This document shows, piece after piece, positions 63,727 to 64,000 of a stretch of 64,000 nt of DNA. The DNA lies in assembly GCA_965203295.1 (NCBI GenBank), contig CBDBCZ010000019.1:416001-480000 (forward strand). Direction: 5' to 3'. The DNA is from Nitrospirales bacterium. GTDB lineage: Bacteria; Nitrospirota; Nitrospiria; Nitrospirales; UBA8639. Position 1 is the stretch's first letter. Each line of letters opens with the position of its first letter. The translations under genes were made by a program, and so were the position numbers. A model generated the notes under the pieces. That model made no database searches, was not told where the DNA came from, and was given only the letters and a program-made list of their open reading frames with translations.

Positions 63727-63854
63727 ACTATTTCAGGAATGAAATCCTTAATACGGGGTCATAAATAGGGTCGGGCATGAGTATTGAGTTTTAGTTTATA
63801 TCGGCTTTTGCACCGCACAGTTTGAAAAGGGGTATGTTGCTCAATTAATTCCAA

Positions 63855-64000
63855 CGCCTTGGGCGTGGCTGAGGCACAGCGCCGAATCTGACAGTTCGGC
63901 AAGGACTGTCTGAGCAGAGCGAGTACCGCAGCCATATGATTCGGTGCTGTGGCGAAGGGACCTCGAAGAAGACACGCACTGGCGAGAATGGTTTGGGCAC
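63855..64000 (-). repeat. ~235-bp structured repeat, diverged copy 3 (runs off the window)
   Basis: GGCTGAG..CAGCGCCGAATCT, GACTGTCTGAGC.GAGCGAGT, GCAGCCATATGATTCGGTGCTG shared with copy 2. Confidence 0.88.

Noticed and set aside
1..64000. CRISPR array, rRNA, prophage or classical integron
   Set aside because: No regularly spaced direct repeats, cas genes, rRNA, phage structural genes, intI or convincing attC sites were seen.

Overview
Bacterial chromosomal window, most likely from a Nitrospirota (Nitrospira-like) organism. This is inferred from gene order, DUF3365 remnants and small Zn-ribbon genes, not proven. The window has two contrasting halves. (1) Positions ~0.8-41 kb and 61-64 kb are accessory DNA in active decay. 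They hold a malic enzyme, DUF4238/SRPBCC/FRG cassettes, DUF3313, a second FtsH, a P-type ATPase, OtsB + GH65, a 2-oxoacid:ferredoxin oxidoreductase operon, CzcCBA-like efflux, hypCDE and a DUF4062 protein. Most are broken by nonsense codons, frameshifts or internal deletions. A RelBE/ParDE-type TA pair, rhlE, a USP, apaH and tRNA-Gln remain intact. (2) Positions ~42-61 kb are intact housekeeping genes: hemL, argD-argF-argG-argH-lipoprotein-radical SAM-lysA-dapA-dapB, gpmA, and mrp with a PCP_red-domain partner. The non-coding DNA carries several repeat families: GGGGTCAG/CTGACCCC motifs bracketing foreign gene cassettes (best candidate for an undescribed gene-capture system), a ~235-bp structured repeat, a ~125-bp MITE (one copy nested in the 235-bp repeat), CGTC-type REPs, two inverted IS1380 remnants and a 69-bp IS3-ended mini element. 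There are also three sigma54 promoters and a candidate sRNA/attenuator. All calls come from reading the sequence; no database search was run.
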